A stretch of 64,000 nucleotides of DNA from Verrucomicrobiota bacterium (GCA_047947115.1 CP170459.1:3872001-3936000); one strand, 5' to 3'. Counted from the stretch's first letter, positions 1 to 10,536 are shown. A program made the numbers and translations. Notes: a model not told the origin generated them from the letters alone.

Positions 1-3000
1 ATCGGGTTGAACAAGCTGGATACGGATGTGGAGGTTCATGATGGTCTGGTGTCCATATTTGGGTTTGATGAAGTCGTGCTGGAGCCAGACCAAGCTCCTG
101 TTCTAAGTGGTGGGGAAGATCTTCTTGTGACGGAGCCGACAGAGGTTGAATGGCAATTTAATGCCAGCGATCCTGATGGGCGTCAGGAGATCGAATATCG
201 AGTCTGGCGTACCGCCGGGTTGGATGCACGGATTGATCGGGTTACGGGGGAGTTTACTCTCAACATCGGTTCCAATATCCCCGATGGCGAATACACTGTC
301 ACCGTGCGAGCCAAGGAAGTCGGACCTTATTCCCTTGCCACTTTCAAATCCTTTACCGTGAACGTCCAAATGGGAAACACAGGTGAACTGGTTCCATGGT
401 CCATCCATAACCCGGGGTTTGAAACCCCCGAATCCATTTCTGCTCCTTTCGACAACAGGATTCCGTCCGAAGCTGGTGAATGGAAGGGGTTTCTGGTTGA
501 CATATCAGATGAACCTTCCGGGATCGATTTTCCTGAAGGAAATCGTGCTTTGAGATTATTTGCCGAACCCCCACAAGCCGAGGAAGGGACTCGCTATTAT
601 GGTAGTGAGGTCTTTCAGATCATCGATTTTAGAAGCAAACGTGATGTAATCGACACCGGAACAGTAGTGTTGGATTTCGAAGTGCTGGCTAATCAGATTG
701 TAGCGCCCGGATCAGAAATTCCGGCTGAGTTATATGTCGATCTCATGGGTTACTCAGGGCAGCCAAGTGATTTGATTCGTGGAAATTTTAGCGAAAATTC
801 CACAGTCAGATGGAATATAAATCTGACACCGGACACGGATTCGTCCACTTGGGAATCTATGGCTGCGGAGCTGCCGCTTCCTCCTGAAACAGATTGTCTT
901 GCGATCCGGTTGGGGAGCAGTGTTGAAATCACGGAGATCCAATCACTGGATCAGTTGGGGCAGTATTTTTTTGATAATGTGCAAATATCTATGAAAACAC
1001 TGGAGGAATCCTTTGCACAGCTCACATCCCCGATCCAAAATATTCAGTGGGCAACCGGACCCAGTCACGTCTGGCATGTGGATGCTTCTTCCGACACATC
1101 CAATGGACCTTGTCTTAAGCCGACCAGTATTATGCATGGTGATTCGGCTGTCGTTCAGGCGGAAATTCAAGGGCCCGGAACATTCTCCTTTGAATGGCAA
1201 TATCGTGCCAGGGCCTTTTCGCGGGTGGCATTGATGGTTCATATGGATGGCAACCTAATAGCCAGGCAGGATGAGCCGGATGATTGGTTACCCCAATCCA
1301 TCAATATCCCTGAAGGCCAGCATACCTTGCAGTGGACAATTTCCGTCCCCGGTAGCGATTTCCCGTTTTGGCAATCTGATCTTGCTGCAATCAGGTCGAT
1401 TCAATTTGCTCGAAACACCGATTTTCCCAGCGTGGCAATCATCGAGGACATTGTGGCGCAGGCAGGTCAAACGGTAAGTTTCGTGGCGGATGTGACCGGC
1501 AGTGATGTGTTGAGCTATCAATGGTACAAAGATGGCGTTGCCATTCCGGGGGCCATTGGCACATCGCTGGCGTTGCTCGATGTGAAGGAATTAGACGCCG
1601 GTCATTACAGCATTCGGGTTGAATCCGAGGGGCAGGTGATCGAAAGCAATCGTGCATCACTGACGGTGTTGACTTCAGAACCGCAAACACCGGAACCTCC
1701 CGTCATCACAACTCATCCGTCTGATCTGAGCGTATTTCAGAGCGAAGATGTCATGTTTTCAGTGTCGGCTCAAAGTGCGGAGCAGGAAACTTACCAGTGG
1801 TACTTTAATGATGCCGAGCTGACCGGAGAGACGACATCCTCTTTGAAGCTCCTTGATGTGACGCTCGATCAAGCCGGCGAATATCATGTGAAGGTTTCCA
1901 ACAGTGGGGGAAGTGCTTTGAGCCGATCGGCTTTGCTTACTGTGGTGCCGACAACAGTCGATCCACCGGTCATCACTCCTCAGAACGGAATGGTTCTGAT
2001 CCATAACGAAGGGCCGGTTGGGATCGGAAAAGATCATTCCAACCTGATTCCCGTGACCATCGAGGCCTTTCATATTGATATTTACGAAGTCACCAAGGAG
2101 CTTTGGGATACTGTGCGTGACTGGGGGCTTTCCAATGGTTACGAAGATTTGGCGGAAGGTTTGGCTGGTTGGGAGGGAAATGAGAGGCACCCAGTGACAA
2201 AGGTGAACCTCTTTGATGCAATGAAATGGTGTAATGCACGATCGGAGATGAATGGACTCCAACCCGCTTATTTTCTGGATGCTGCCAAGACAGATGCTTA
2301 CCGGATTGGGAATCATTCGTTGGTTTATTTAAATCTTCAATCAGGATACAGATTGCCAAGCGAGCAGGAGTGGGAGAAAGCGGCAAGGGGAGACCGATAT
2401 GCTGATGCGGAAAAAACAAAAGGCTACAAATATCCTTGGGGCAATGATTCGATATTAGAATCATTAGCCAACTTTAACAACTCACGGGACACAACCGCAG
2501 CAGTCGGGAATTTTCCACCGAATGACTACGGATTGTATGATATGTCCGGCAATGTCTGGGAGTGGTGTGTTAACATCACCTCAACAGGCAGCACGATAGA
2601 ACGCAACTATCGAGGCGGTGCTTTTACAGAAATCGCAGAACAGTGTACAGTGGTCAGTACACCTCATGGAGATAATGCGCCAGCACGGACAAACGCAGGA
2701 GGCACCATTGGTTTCAGGACCGTTTTACCAGGCAGCCAAACGCTGCCCGATACGCCTGTTCTTTCTTCGATTGTTCGTTCGATTGACGGCAATCAAATCA
2801 CACTGGTCCTGAATCCTGCAGAGGATGTCCTGGTCGTGACGATCGAGGAGACTCTCCCTCCAATGTTTTCAGCTACGAACATATCAGGTTCAGGTGTTTG
2901 GGATGCACGGAATGAAAAAATAAAGTGGGGACCTTATTTTGATAATCAATCGCGCACGCTTACATACACTTTGACACCTCCAGCGGGCTTCTCAGGTTCA

Positions 3001-3933
3001 GTCGTGCTGAATGGGCTCGCCAGTTTGGATGGTATGGATTGGACCACTGAAGGGGATGACACTTTGGCTTTCGACGGTCATACGGCAGCGCCGGCGGGGG
3101 AACGCATGATCAGTCAAAACCCCGATGCTGTCGAAGTTTCCTTGTCTGTTCAACCCGCCAACGACACCGTCGCTTATGCGGTGGAAGAGTTCCTGCCATC
3201 AGGATTCTCCGCGACCTCCCTGTCAGACGGAGGTTCGTTGGATACGGTGAACAACAAGATCAAGTGGGGTCCCTTCTTTGACAATGACTCTCGCACGTTG
3301 ACGTATGCATTGATTGCTCCAGAGGGGTTTAGTGGGACAGTGGTGTTTTCAGGTTTTGCCAGTTTTGATGGTTTGGATGTTTCCATCGCTGGGGATCGTT
3401 CCATTGAAATCGACAAATCTGCACAAACAGGACCTATCATTGTTGCGCAACCCATCGGAGGCAAGGTGGTGTTGGGGGAATCATTTGCACTCAGCGTATC
3501 TGCTTCCGGTAGTGTGCAGGATTACCAATGGACTAAAGATGGACAGCCTGTTGCAGGCGCTACATTGCCATTTTTGGTTTTACCGGCAGTGAGCATATCG
3601 GATTTTGGGGCCTATCAAGTGATTGTCAGTGGGCCTGATGGTACGGTTGTGAGCGAAGTGGCTACCTTGGCTGAGTTGATCGATATGCCTGCGGGGCCAG
3701 TGATCGATCCGAAGTCGATTTCTTTTCTGGAAATTGGTAACACGCTCAACATGACTTTGAGCATTTCCAGCGAACCATCCAAAACCTACCAGATCATGAT
3801 CCGTGACAGTTTGTCAGGGGATGCGTGGGTTCCTGTCGGTCCGCAACAAATCGCATCGAAGGAATCATTAACCTTTTTGCTGGATGTCACGGGAAAGAAT
3901 GCAGCTTTCTTTATCGCGACGGAGGTGGAGTGA
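1..3933 (+). CDS. Large secreted modular protein, 5' truncated by window edge: Ig-like domains, SUMF1/FGE-sulfatase domain, two tandem 'KIKWGPxFDN' domains, C-terminal FYR-like module
   Basis: Frame open from base 1. Ig motifs YQWYKDG, YQWYFND, YQWTKDG. FGE-type motifs YRLPSEQEWEKAARG and NDYGLYDMSGNVWEWC. Duplicated ~110-aa domain. Confidence 0.85.
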   Translation: MGLNKLDTDVEVHDGLVSIFGFDEVVLEPDQAPVLSGGEDLLVTEPTEVEWQFNASDPDGRQEIEYRVWRTAGLDARIDRVTGEFTLNIGSNIPDGEYTVTVRAKEVGPYSLATFKSFTVNVQMGNTGELVPWSIHNPGFETPESISAPFDNRIPSEAGEWKGFLVDISDEPSGIDFPEGNRALRLFAEPPQAEEGTRYYGSEVFQIIDFRSKRDVIDTGTVVLDFEVLANQIVAPGSEIPAELYVDLMGYSGQPSDLIRGNFSENSTVRWNINLTPDTDSSTWESMAAELPLPPETDCLAIRLGSSVEITEIQSLDQLGQYFFDNVQISMKTLEESFAQLTSPIQNIQWATGPSHVWHVDASSDTSNGPCLKPTSIMHGDSAVVQAEIQGPGTFSFEWQYRARAFSRVALMVHMDGNLIARQDEPDDWLPQSINIPEGQHTLQWTISVPGSDFPFWQSDLAAIRSIQFARNTDFPSVAIIEDIVAQAGQTVSFVADVTGSDVLSYQWYKDGVAIPGAIGTSLALLDVKELDAGHYSIRVESEGQVIESNRASLTVLTSEPQTPEPPVITTHPSDLSVFQSEDVMFSVSAQSAEQETYQWYFNDAELTGETTSSLKLLDVTLDQAGEYHVKVSNSGGSALSRSALLTVVPTTVDPPVITPQNGMVLIHNEGPVGIGKDHSNLIPVTIEAFHIDIYEVTKELWDTVRDWGLSNGYEDLAEGLAGWEGNERHPVTKVNLFDAMKWCNARSEMNGLQPAYFLDAAKTDAYRIGNHSLVYLNLQSGYRLPSEQEWEKAARGDRYADAEKTKGYKYPWGNDSILESLANFNNSRDTTAAVGNFPPNDYGLYDMSGNVWEWCVNITSTGSTIERNYRGGAFTEIAEQCTVVSTPHGDNAPARTNAGGTIGFRTVLPGSQTLPDTPVLSSIVRSIDGNQITLVLNPAEDVLVVTIEETLPPMFSATNISGSGVWDARNEKIKWGPYFDNQSRTLTYTLTPPAGFSGSVVLNGLASLDGMDWTTEGDDTLAFDGHTAAPAGERMISQNPDAVEVSLSVQPANDTVAYAVEEFLPSGFSATSLSDGGSLDTVNNKIKWGPFFDNDSRTLTYALIAPEGFSGTVVFSGFASFDGLDVSIAGDRSIEIDKSAQTGPIIVAQPIGGKVVLGESFALSVSASGSVQDYQWTKDGQPVAGATLPFLVLPAVSISDFGAYQVIVSGPDGTVVSEVATLAELIDMPAGPVIDPKSISFLEIGNTLNMTLSISSEPSKTYQIMIRDSLSGDAWVPVGPQQIASKESLTFLLDVTGKNAAFFIATEVE

Positions 3934-3997
3934 TCATGGCCAGGAACCAGGATTTTCATTTATCTGTTTGGAGCTGCGTTGTTCCTGTGTTAACTAA

Positions 3998-5578
3998 CCC
4001 GGATATTTCATTAAATTAAAAAAAATTAGCGAAGTTTTTGGGATAATCCCATATGGTTGTTGGTGTTGAAACAAAAACCAGTAAAAACTCCGCTAATGAC
4101 AAACTGTAACCAGATTTCTTTTGAGTTTCCAAGCCTTGAACGACGAAAAATTGAGGCTTCTTTCAGCGGTGGTCACATTTCCTCGGACGGTGGTGCTTTG
4201 TTTTTAAGGCAGGCTGATCGGTTACTTGGTCTTACCAAATCGATTTCCAAGGTGATGACCGATCCTCGTCAATCTGGCCGGACGGCTCATTCCACTCTCG
4301 ATTTGTTGCGTCAACGCATTTACGGCCTGGCCTTGGGATACGAAGATCTCAACGATCACGATTGCCTCCGAAAGGATCCACTCATTCAAAGTGCTGTGGA
4401 ACGTTCTGATTCGCTTGCCAGCAGTCCTACTTTGTGTCGCTTTGAAGCTCGGGCAGATCGCCAAACAGCGATGGATTTTTCGAAAGTCTTGATTGAAACT
4501 TTTATCAACTCTTTCAAAAAAGCTCCGGAAGAACTGATTCTGGATTTTGACGCAACTGATGATCGAGTTCATGGCGGCCAGGAGAGACGCAGTTTTCACG
4601 GGTATTACGATTGCTGGTGTTTCCTTCCTCTTTATGTCTTTTGTGGCGAGCAACTCTTGGTCAGTTATCTACGCCCAAGCAATATTGATCCTGCACGTCA
4701 TGCATGGGCTATTCTCAAATTGCTGGTTCAACGCCTGCGCCTAAAATGGACCAAAGTACGCATCATCTTCCGGGGAGACTCCGGGTTTTGTCGTTGGAGA
4801 ATGTTGCGTTGGTGCGAACCTCATGAAGTGAAGTATGTTGTTGGAATCGCCCAAAACCCACGATTGCTTGAACAAGGACAAAACCTTATTTCAGAATCCG
4901 CTGTTCTCTTTGAAAAGACTGGTGAAAAACAACGCCACTTTGCCTGTCTCCAATACAAGGCACATTCCTGGGATCAGGAAAGAATGGTGATCATTAAAGC
5001 GGAACATAATCGACAGGGCAGCAATCCCAGATTTGTGGTGAGTAACCTTTCGGGCAATGCCCAGCATATCTACGAGAAGATTTATTGTGCTCGGGGAGAA
5101 ATGGAAAACCGCATCAAGGAACAACAGCTTGGATTATTCGCCGACCGAACCAGTTGTCATAAATGGTGGAGCAATCAGTTTCGACTCCTGCTCAGCAGTG
5201 CTGCCTATGTGCTGATGGAAACCATCCGCCGAGTTGGATTGAAAGGAAGTGAAATGGCTCGAGCCCAGGTCAGCACCATCCGACTGAAACTGTTCAAAAT
5301 TGGAACCATCGTCCTGAAAAACACAAGACGCATTCGATTATTGATGAGTCAGGCATACCCCTATCAAAAACTCTTTGCACATATTCACGCCAAACTGAAC
5401 ACAGGATAACATGCCCAGAGTGCTGCCCCGGCACGTCGAAAAACAATGGGGGATTGGGGGAGTGTATCCTCAATTCGAAAAGAACCTTAAAAAGGTGCGT
5501 CTGACCTCTCCAAACTCAACCTTGAGCTACAATGAAAACCAATTTGTGGGTATTTCTGGTTTTGATGAAATATCCGGG
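3998..5578 (+). mobile_element. IS1380-family insertion sequence, complete
   Basis: IRL CCCGGATATTTCATTAAA (3998-4015) and IRR 5561-5578 match 17/18. 4-bp target duplication CTAA at 3994-3997 and 5579-5582. Confidence 0.93.
4096..5409 (+). CDS. IS1380-family DDE transposase
   Basis: Motifs SSDGGALFL, LDFDATDD.VHG.QE, RGDSGF, YCARGEMENRIKEQQ. ATG at 4096 preferred over the TTG at 4057. Confidence 0.93.
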   Translation: MTNCNQISFEFPSLERRKIEASFSGGHISSDGGALFLRQADRLLGLTKSISKVMTDPRQSGRTAHSTLDLLRQRIYGLALGYEDLNDHDCLRKDPLIQSAVERSDSLASSPTLCRFEARADRQTAMDFSKVLIETFINSFKKAPEELILDFDATDDRVHGGQERRSFHGYYDCWCFLPLYVFCGEQLLVSYLRPSNIDPARHAWAILKLLVQRLRLKWTKVRIIFRGDSGFCRWRMLRWCEPHEVKYVVGIAQNPRLLEQGQNLISESAVLFEKTGEKQRHFACLQYKAHSWDQERMVIIKAEHNRQGSNPRFVVSNLSGNAQHIYEKIYCARGEMENRIKEQQLGLFADRTSCHKWWSNQFRLLLSSAAYVLMETIRRVGLKGSEMARAQVSTIRLKLFKIGTIVLKNTRRIRLLMSQAYPYQKLFAHIHAKLNTG

Positions 5579-5597
5579 CTAAATCACGCCGCCCAAA

Positions 5598-5670
5598 GTG
5601 GCCTTCTTTGGACCGGAATAGGTGGCCGATTTGAATCGTAATGCCCGGCAGATTTCGTCCGGAATCCGCA
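5598..5670 (+). mobile_element. Orphan IS21-family right end
   Basis: Three imperfect tandem ~23-bp repeats (GTGGCC...CGGAAT) ending in CGGAATCCGCA, the usual IS21-family terminal architecture. No istAB in the window. Confidence 0.6.
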
Positions 5671-5675
5671 CGTTC

Positions 5676-7199
5676 TCATTCGATGCAGTTCAGGAATCTC
5701 AGACTGTCGTCTCGAATGGCATTTTTTTTCTCATCATTCATGCGGTCAAATGTTTTATACATCATGCTGATACGATGGTTGGATCGGAGTTTTTCCCGGT
5801 TGCGATCCAGAAAATCCCAATAGAGATAATTGAAGGGACAAGCATCAGGCCCATTCTTCTTCGACACCTTGTAACTGCAATGCTTGCAGTAATCAGACAT
5901 CTTGTTGATATAGCTGCCTCCCGCAGCGTATGGTTTGCTGGCTAGGTAACCTCCATCTGCGAATAACACCATGCCGGAGACATTGGGGAGCTCCACCCAT
6001 TCGTAGGCATCTGCATAAACAATCAAAAACCATTCGTTCACGTATTTTGGATCAATCCCCGCCAATAATGCAAAATTACCCAGCACCATCAAACGTTGAA
6101 TATGATGAGCATATGCGTGCTGTATGGTCTCTGAAATACACTGATGCAGGCAGTTCATCTGAGTCTTGGAAGTCCAGAAAAATTCTGGCAAAGGGCGTGT
6201 GACTTCAAAGAAGTTTTTTTGCGCGTAATCAGGCATCTTGAGCCAGTAGATACCTCGCACATACTCCCGCCAGCCGATGATTTGTCGAATAAAGCCCTCG
6301 ACAGCATTCAGGGGCGCTTTCCCTGATAGATAAGCAGCTTCGGCGGCCCTTGCGCATTCCAAAGGCAACAACAAACCGCAATTCAGGTAAAAGCTGATAT
6401 GAGAGTGATACATCCAGGGTTCACCTTCTATCATGGCATCCTGATAGTCGCCAAAAGAAGCAAGACGTTCTTTGATAAATAAATTGAGTACCTTGAGAGC
6501 ATCCTCACGTGTAACCGCAAAATAAAAGGGTTCCAGGTCACCAAAATGATTATTAAAACGTTCTGCAACAGCATGCATCACCTCCTGTGTAATGAAATCT
6601 ATCTGCCCCATAAAAGGAGGCGGCACTTTTAATCTGGTTTTGGGTGGCTTGCGGTTTTCGGTATCGTAATTCCACTGTCCTCCAACCGGTTCACTTTGCT
6701 GCATGAGAATGTCGTATTTCCTTCGCATCTCTCGATAAAAATACTCCATTCGTAACTGCTTGCGCCCCTTACTCCACGCCTCAAAATTTTCAAGCGAACA
6801 TAAGAAACGGTCATCAGCTCGAATCTCGACAGGAAGACCAAAAGCCAGTTGCCATTGCAGCATGTCCTGCAATACTCGGTATTCCCCGGGATAGGTAACA
6901 ACAAGGCGCTTAATGTCATGCTTCTTGAGGATGCGCTCGATTTCTCCTTGGAAAGACCCCGCATTTTCCTCATCGTCGATTTTGGTATACTCTACCTTGT
7001 AATTCTGCCTCATTAATTCCTCCGCGAAATGGCGCATGGCTGAAAAGAGAAAGGCAATTTTCTTCTTGTGATGTTTGACATAAGTAGCCTCATTCCAAAC
7101 TTCACACATTAAAATGATGTCTCGAGACGAGTCGCACCCATCCAAGCTAGATATCGAATCTGAAAGCTGATCCCCGAGGATCAAACGAAGTGTGCTCAT
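5676..7199 (-). CDS. Fe-S bacterial cryptochrome/(6-4) photolyase (FeS-BCP, PhrB/CryB-like)
   Basis: LILGDQL, HHKKKI, RMEYFYREMR, YAHHIQRLM, YADAYEWVELPN, and Cys ligands in YCKHC and ACPFNYLYW. Confidence 0.92.
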   Translation of the reverse strand: MSTLRLILGDQLSDSISSLDGCDSSRDIILMCEVWNEATYVKHHKKKIAFLFSAMRHFAEELMRQNYKVEYTKIDDEENAGSFQGEIERILKKHDIKRLVVTYPGEYRVLQDMLQWQLAFGLPVEIRADDRFLCSLENFEAWSKGRKQLRMEYFYREMRRKYDILMQQSEPVGGQWNYDTENRKPPKTRLKVPPPFMGQIDFITQEVMHAVAERFNNHFGDLEPFYFAVTREDALKVLNLFIKERLASFGDYQDAMIEGEPWMYHSHISFYLNCGLLLPLECARAAEAAYLSGKAPLNAVEGFIRQIIGWREYVRGIYWLKMPDYAQKNFFEVTRPLPEFFWTSKTQMNCLHQCISETIQHAYAHHIQRLMVLGNFALLAGIDPKYVNEWFLIVYADAYEWVELPNVSGMVLFADGGYLASKPYAAGGSYINKMSDYCKHCSYKVSKKNGPDACPFNYLYWDFLDRNREKLRSNHRISMMYKTFDRMNDEKKNAIRDDSLRFLNCIE

Positions 7200-8710
7200 A
7201 AAGGCAGTTCCTCTTGCTGGCTGATGTTTTTTGTATGACGGTTTAGGTTTCTACGGCGGCTGGATTTGCGGCTTCCATGTTTGTTGACGATTTTCTGCGA
7301 GCTATCTAGATGTGTTTTGTTATTTTTCCTGAGGCTATAAAGCTTGCTTGCGGCTGCTTTTCGCCCGTCTTTTTCGTCGATGACTGGCATGGGATAATTG
7401 CCCATCTGTGATTTGGCCAGCCATGGTGTATGAATGAAGGCGTGATCCATTCCCCGCAGTTCAGTTACCCAACGACGAATAAAACTTCCTCGAGGATCGT
7501 GATCAATGCCTTGCTTGACAGGGTTGTAGATACGGATGGTGTTGATTCCTGTCGTACCGGACTGCATTTGCACCTGAGCGTAGTGGATGCCGGGTTCGTA
7601 GTCGGTGAAAAGTTTGGCCAAGTGCAGCGCAGGCCTGCGCCAGTGGAGCCATAGATGGTAACTCGCAAAACTCATGACCATGGCACGCATGCGGAAATTG
7701 AGCCAACCTGTAGATCTCAGCGCTCGCATGCAGGCATCCACCATTGGGTAACCCGTTTTGCCTGCTTTCCACGCTTCAAAAAGTGCCTCATTGAAATCAT
7801 GTTCTCTCAAACCATCATAAGCGGGGTGCATGTTTTCAAATTCAATGCGTGATTCGTCTTCAAGCTTTTGTATAAAATGGCAGTGCCAACGGAGCCTGCT
7901 TGAAAAAGAACGAAGGGCACTCGGCCATTTGCCTTTCATGCCAGGACGCATTTGCTTGATTTCCTGAAGGCGGTGTTCGCATGCGTGCGAAACTTCACGT
8001 ATTGAAACCGTTCCGAATGCCAGGTGTGTGGATAAACGTGAACAGCTTTGAAATGCTGTAACTGGCGAAGACATCTCCTGCGTGTAACCCTCTCCTCGCT
8101 CATGGAGAAAGTTATGGAGTAATTTCAGCGCTTTCTTACGACCTCCTTTTTGCAACTCTGTGAAAGCATCCGTCTCCATACCCAGTTCATCAGCATCAGG
8201 CAGTGATTCTGAATGTTCTTCGATACTTTTGAGCGACTCTGGAGGCGCAATGATAGGCTTTTTCATCCGTCCGTACCATTTTGATGCCCAGCCATCACGG
8301 CCGCTCAAGCGACGAATGACACCATTTTGACAGGGCTCATGCCACGGGATATTCCTGTCATGACACCATTGCTTGACCATCTTATCCCGTTCATAAGTCC
8401 AACCATTCCAAGTCTCCTGATGCGACCAAAGTGCCTGTATGTCGAGGTGCTGATGGAGCTTCTCCAATACGTCAATCGCATTGCCTTTTTTGATGATAAG
8501 TTTTTGCCCGGTCGCCTGCAGTGACTTATTGAGCTCACAAAGGCAATCTTTCAAAAATGCGAGATGCCGCCGACTCATGTCGGGTTCTTTCCAAAGCTCT
8601 GGTTCGAAAATATAAAGGGGTAAAACAGGACCTAATCTTGAGGCTTCAGCCAAAGCTTCATGGTCTGCGATCCGCAAATCCCGCTTGAACCAAACAATGT
8701 TTATTCCCAT
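7196..8710 (-). CDS. Deoxyribodipyrimidine photolyase/cryptochrome family protein
   Basis: VWFKRDLRI.DH, SRLSTHL, WHCHFIQKLE, TGYPMVDACMR, NFRMRAM, DYEPGIHY. Likely start ATG 8710. Overlaps the next gene by 4 nt. Confidence 0.9.
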   Translation of the reverse strand: MGINIVWFKRDLRIADHEALAEASRLGPVLPLYIFEPELWKEPDMSRRHLAFLKDCLCELNKSLQATGQKLIIKKGNAIDVLEKLHQHLDIQALWSHQETWNGWTYERDKMVKQWCHDRNIPWHEPCQNGVIRRLSGRDGWASKWYGRMKKPIIAPPESLKSIEEHSESLPDADELGMETDAFTELQKGGRKKALKLLHNFLHERGEGYTQEMSSPVTAFQSCSRLSTHLAFGTVSIREVSHACEHRLQEIKQMRPGMKGKWPSALRSFSSRLRWHCHFIQKLEDESRIEFENMHPAYDGLREHDFNEALFEAWKAGKTGYPMVDACMRALRSTGWLNFRMRAMVMSFASYHLWLHWRRPALHLAKLFTDYEPGIHYAQVQMQSGTTGINTIRIYNPVKQGIDHDPRGSFIRRWVTELRGMDHAFIHTPWLAKSQMGNYPMPVIDEKDGRKAAASKLYSLRKNNKTHLDSSQKIVNKHGSRKSSRRRNLNRHTKNISQQEELPL

Positions 8711-8942
8711 GTTTCGTAAAGTGCTTGTTGATATTTGACCGATTGCTTTCTCCTGTGCTTGGCTATGCGACCCGATACTCGTTTTCGCCACAAACGAAAG
8801 CTGGATGGTTTCAGGAAACGTCTCATGATCGAGATGGTCTCGGGTTCAGTCGAGCCTGTGAGTGCTTGAATGTCGTCAAAGGAGTTTTGTCACACCAAGC
8901 CATTTGAACGATTTCATTAATTTCTATCATGTCTTTATTCAT
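8701..8942 (-). pseudogene. TIGR03643/DUF2805 family small protein with a 1-nt frameshift
   Basis: Manual translation gives MNKDMIEINEIVQMAWCDKTP, a shift at ~8880, then FDDIQALTGSTEPETISIMRRFLKPSSFRLWRKRVSGRIAKHRR...WE*. The stop overlaps the photolyase start. Missing from the ORF track. Confidence 0.8.
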
Positions 8943-9241
8943 TGCAATTTTATCTCATTTCGCGTTTAGACAGTACATGGTTTGATTGATACTCAGTGTT
9001 TCCGAGCTCTCAACATGTCCGTTCGCAATCTCAGCTGGTGAGATCTTCAGTTTCGAAACACACAACTTTGGGTCGAGGGGAGTTCATGGAGGACTTTCTG
9101 ACGAACATTTACGTTTTGATGATGGACTTAATTTTTTGGGGGTTACTCCTGAGATCTTTGACCGTTCTTCATGATGATCCCTCCCCTTAAAGGCTGAATA
9201 CAAAAAGAAGTAAACCCTGCAGAGCCGGGATGGATGGTCGA

Positions 9242-10228
9242 TCAAAAGGCACTTACTTTAATTGCGCTCGCAAGATGAACGGCAGAGGTGAAAGCACCTT
9301 CGATGCGCCCGCCCTCAGACCAGTCACCGCATGCCGCTAGTTTGAGATCCTGGTCGAGTAAGACTGAACATGCATCTCGCTTCGCATTGTTCGCGAAATG
9401 CCAGCCATGCACGGCCTTGAAACCAGCCCTACCGAGATTATGGCCAATGACGCGGCTGGTCTCATCGCTGAGGAGCTCGATGACAGCGTCCCGGTCATCG
9501 AAAAGATGCTTTTTGGCAAAGTCTGCCGAAGAATGTACGACGAGCGTCCAAGGGCCCGATCTGCCAGGCTTGGAGCTGTTAACAGCGATCCAGCTAATAT
9601 CAGCATGCACGACGTGCGCAGCATCAAAATCCAGTGCCAATTTTTCAGGGAAGCCCAGCATCAGAGCGAAACAGGGGAGCATCTCAATGCGCCGGATTCT
9701 GTCGTGATACCTGAATGAGGTTGGAAGGAGCTCCGCAGCCTGGGCCGAGGGAACAGTGGAGATGACCCAGTTGTAGTCACCATGAATTCTTCCTTGTTCA
9801 TCCAAAAGGTGCCATGTGCCATTTACACGTTGCAATGCGCTTATTTTCGTTTTAAGGTGAATATTAAGACCCTCAGCCAGTTTTTTAGAGATGTTGTTCA
9901 TGCCTGGCACCCCCACATACCTCGGCTCATCGCTGATCCAGTATTGCCGCTCGATCACGGTGTCACGGTCAATTATCACATGACGGGCATTCCACCGTTT
10001 AATCAGCCCCGATTGAATAAAGGGTTCTATAAAAGACTGAAATGCCTCGGTTCGAACTGTGAAATACTGCGCACCATGATCAAAAGGATATGGTCCCGCA
10101 CGCCGCGTGGACATTCGACCACTCACAGCACGCGCTTTCTCAAAGAGCGTGACAACCGCTTGTTCCCCCAACAAATGCGAAATTGAAAGCGCTGATATGC
10201 CTGCTCCGATTATGGCGACCCTTATCAT
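9242..10228 (-). CDS. Renalase-like FAD/NAD(P)-dependent oxidoreductase
   Basis: IIGAGIS.L, GRMSTRR, FDHGAQYFT, CGDW..GGRIEGAF.S. Confidence 0.88.
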   Translation of the reverse strand: MIRVAIIGAGISALSISHLLGEQAVVTLFEKARAVSGRMSTRRAGPYPFDHGAQYFTVRTEAFQSFIEPFIQSGLIKRWNARHVIIDRDTVIERQYWISDEPRYVGVPGMNNISKKLAEGLNIHLKTKISALQRVNGTWHLLDEQGRIHGDYNWVISTVPSAQAAELLPTSFRYHDRIRRIEMLPCFALMLGFPEKLALDFDAAHVVHADISWIAVNSSKPGRSGPWTLVVHSSADFAKKHLFDDRDAVIELLSDETSRVIGHNLGRAGFKAVHGWHFANNAKRDACSVLLDQDLKLAACGDWSEGGRIEGAFTSAVHLASAIKVSAF

Positions 10229-10536
10229 AATTTTTAGCGACTGATCGCAATTCGCGCCAATCTGTATTGGTTCATTTTGGTGACAAATGGCAATCTTTCT
10301 GCGATGTGAAAGGCCTCTCCTAAGGAGGCATCGCAGGTAATTTTAACTTTAAATTTGGCTTTTCAAGATTTAATTCGTCTAATTTATGTCTTTTCTAACT
10401 ATAAATCCGCACACCTGAGAATTTTGAGCTTCAAATAGGCTTCTTGGAATGTTCATTTCACAAATTTGGCAGTAGGAATACCTAGCTTCACCCACTCTCA
10501 CTATCACCTCGGAATTTGATTTTCATAAACAAAACC

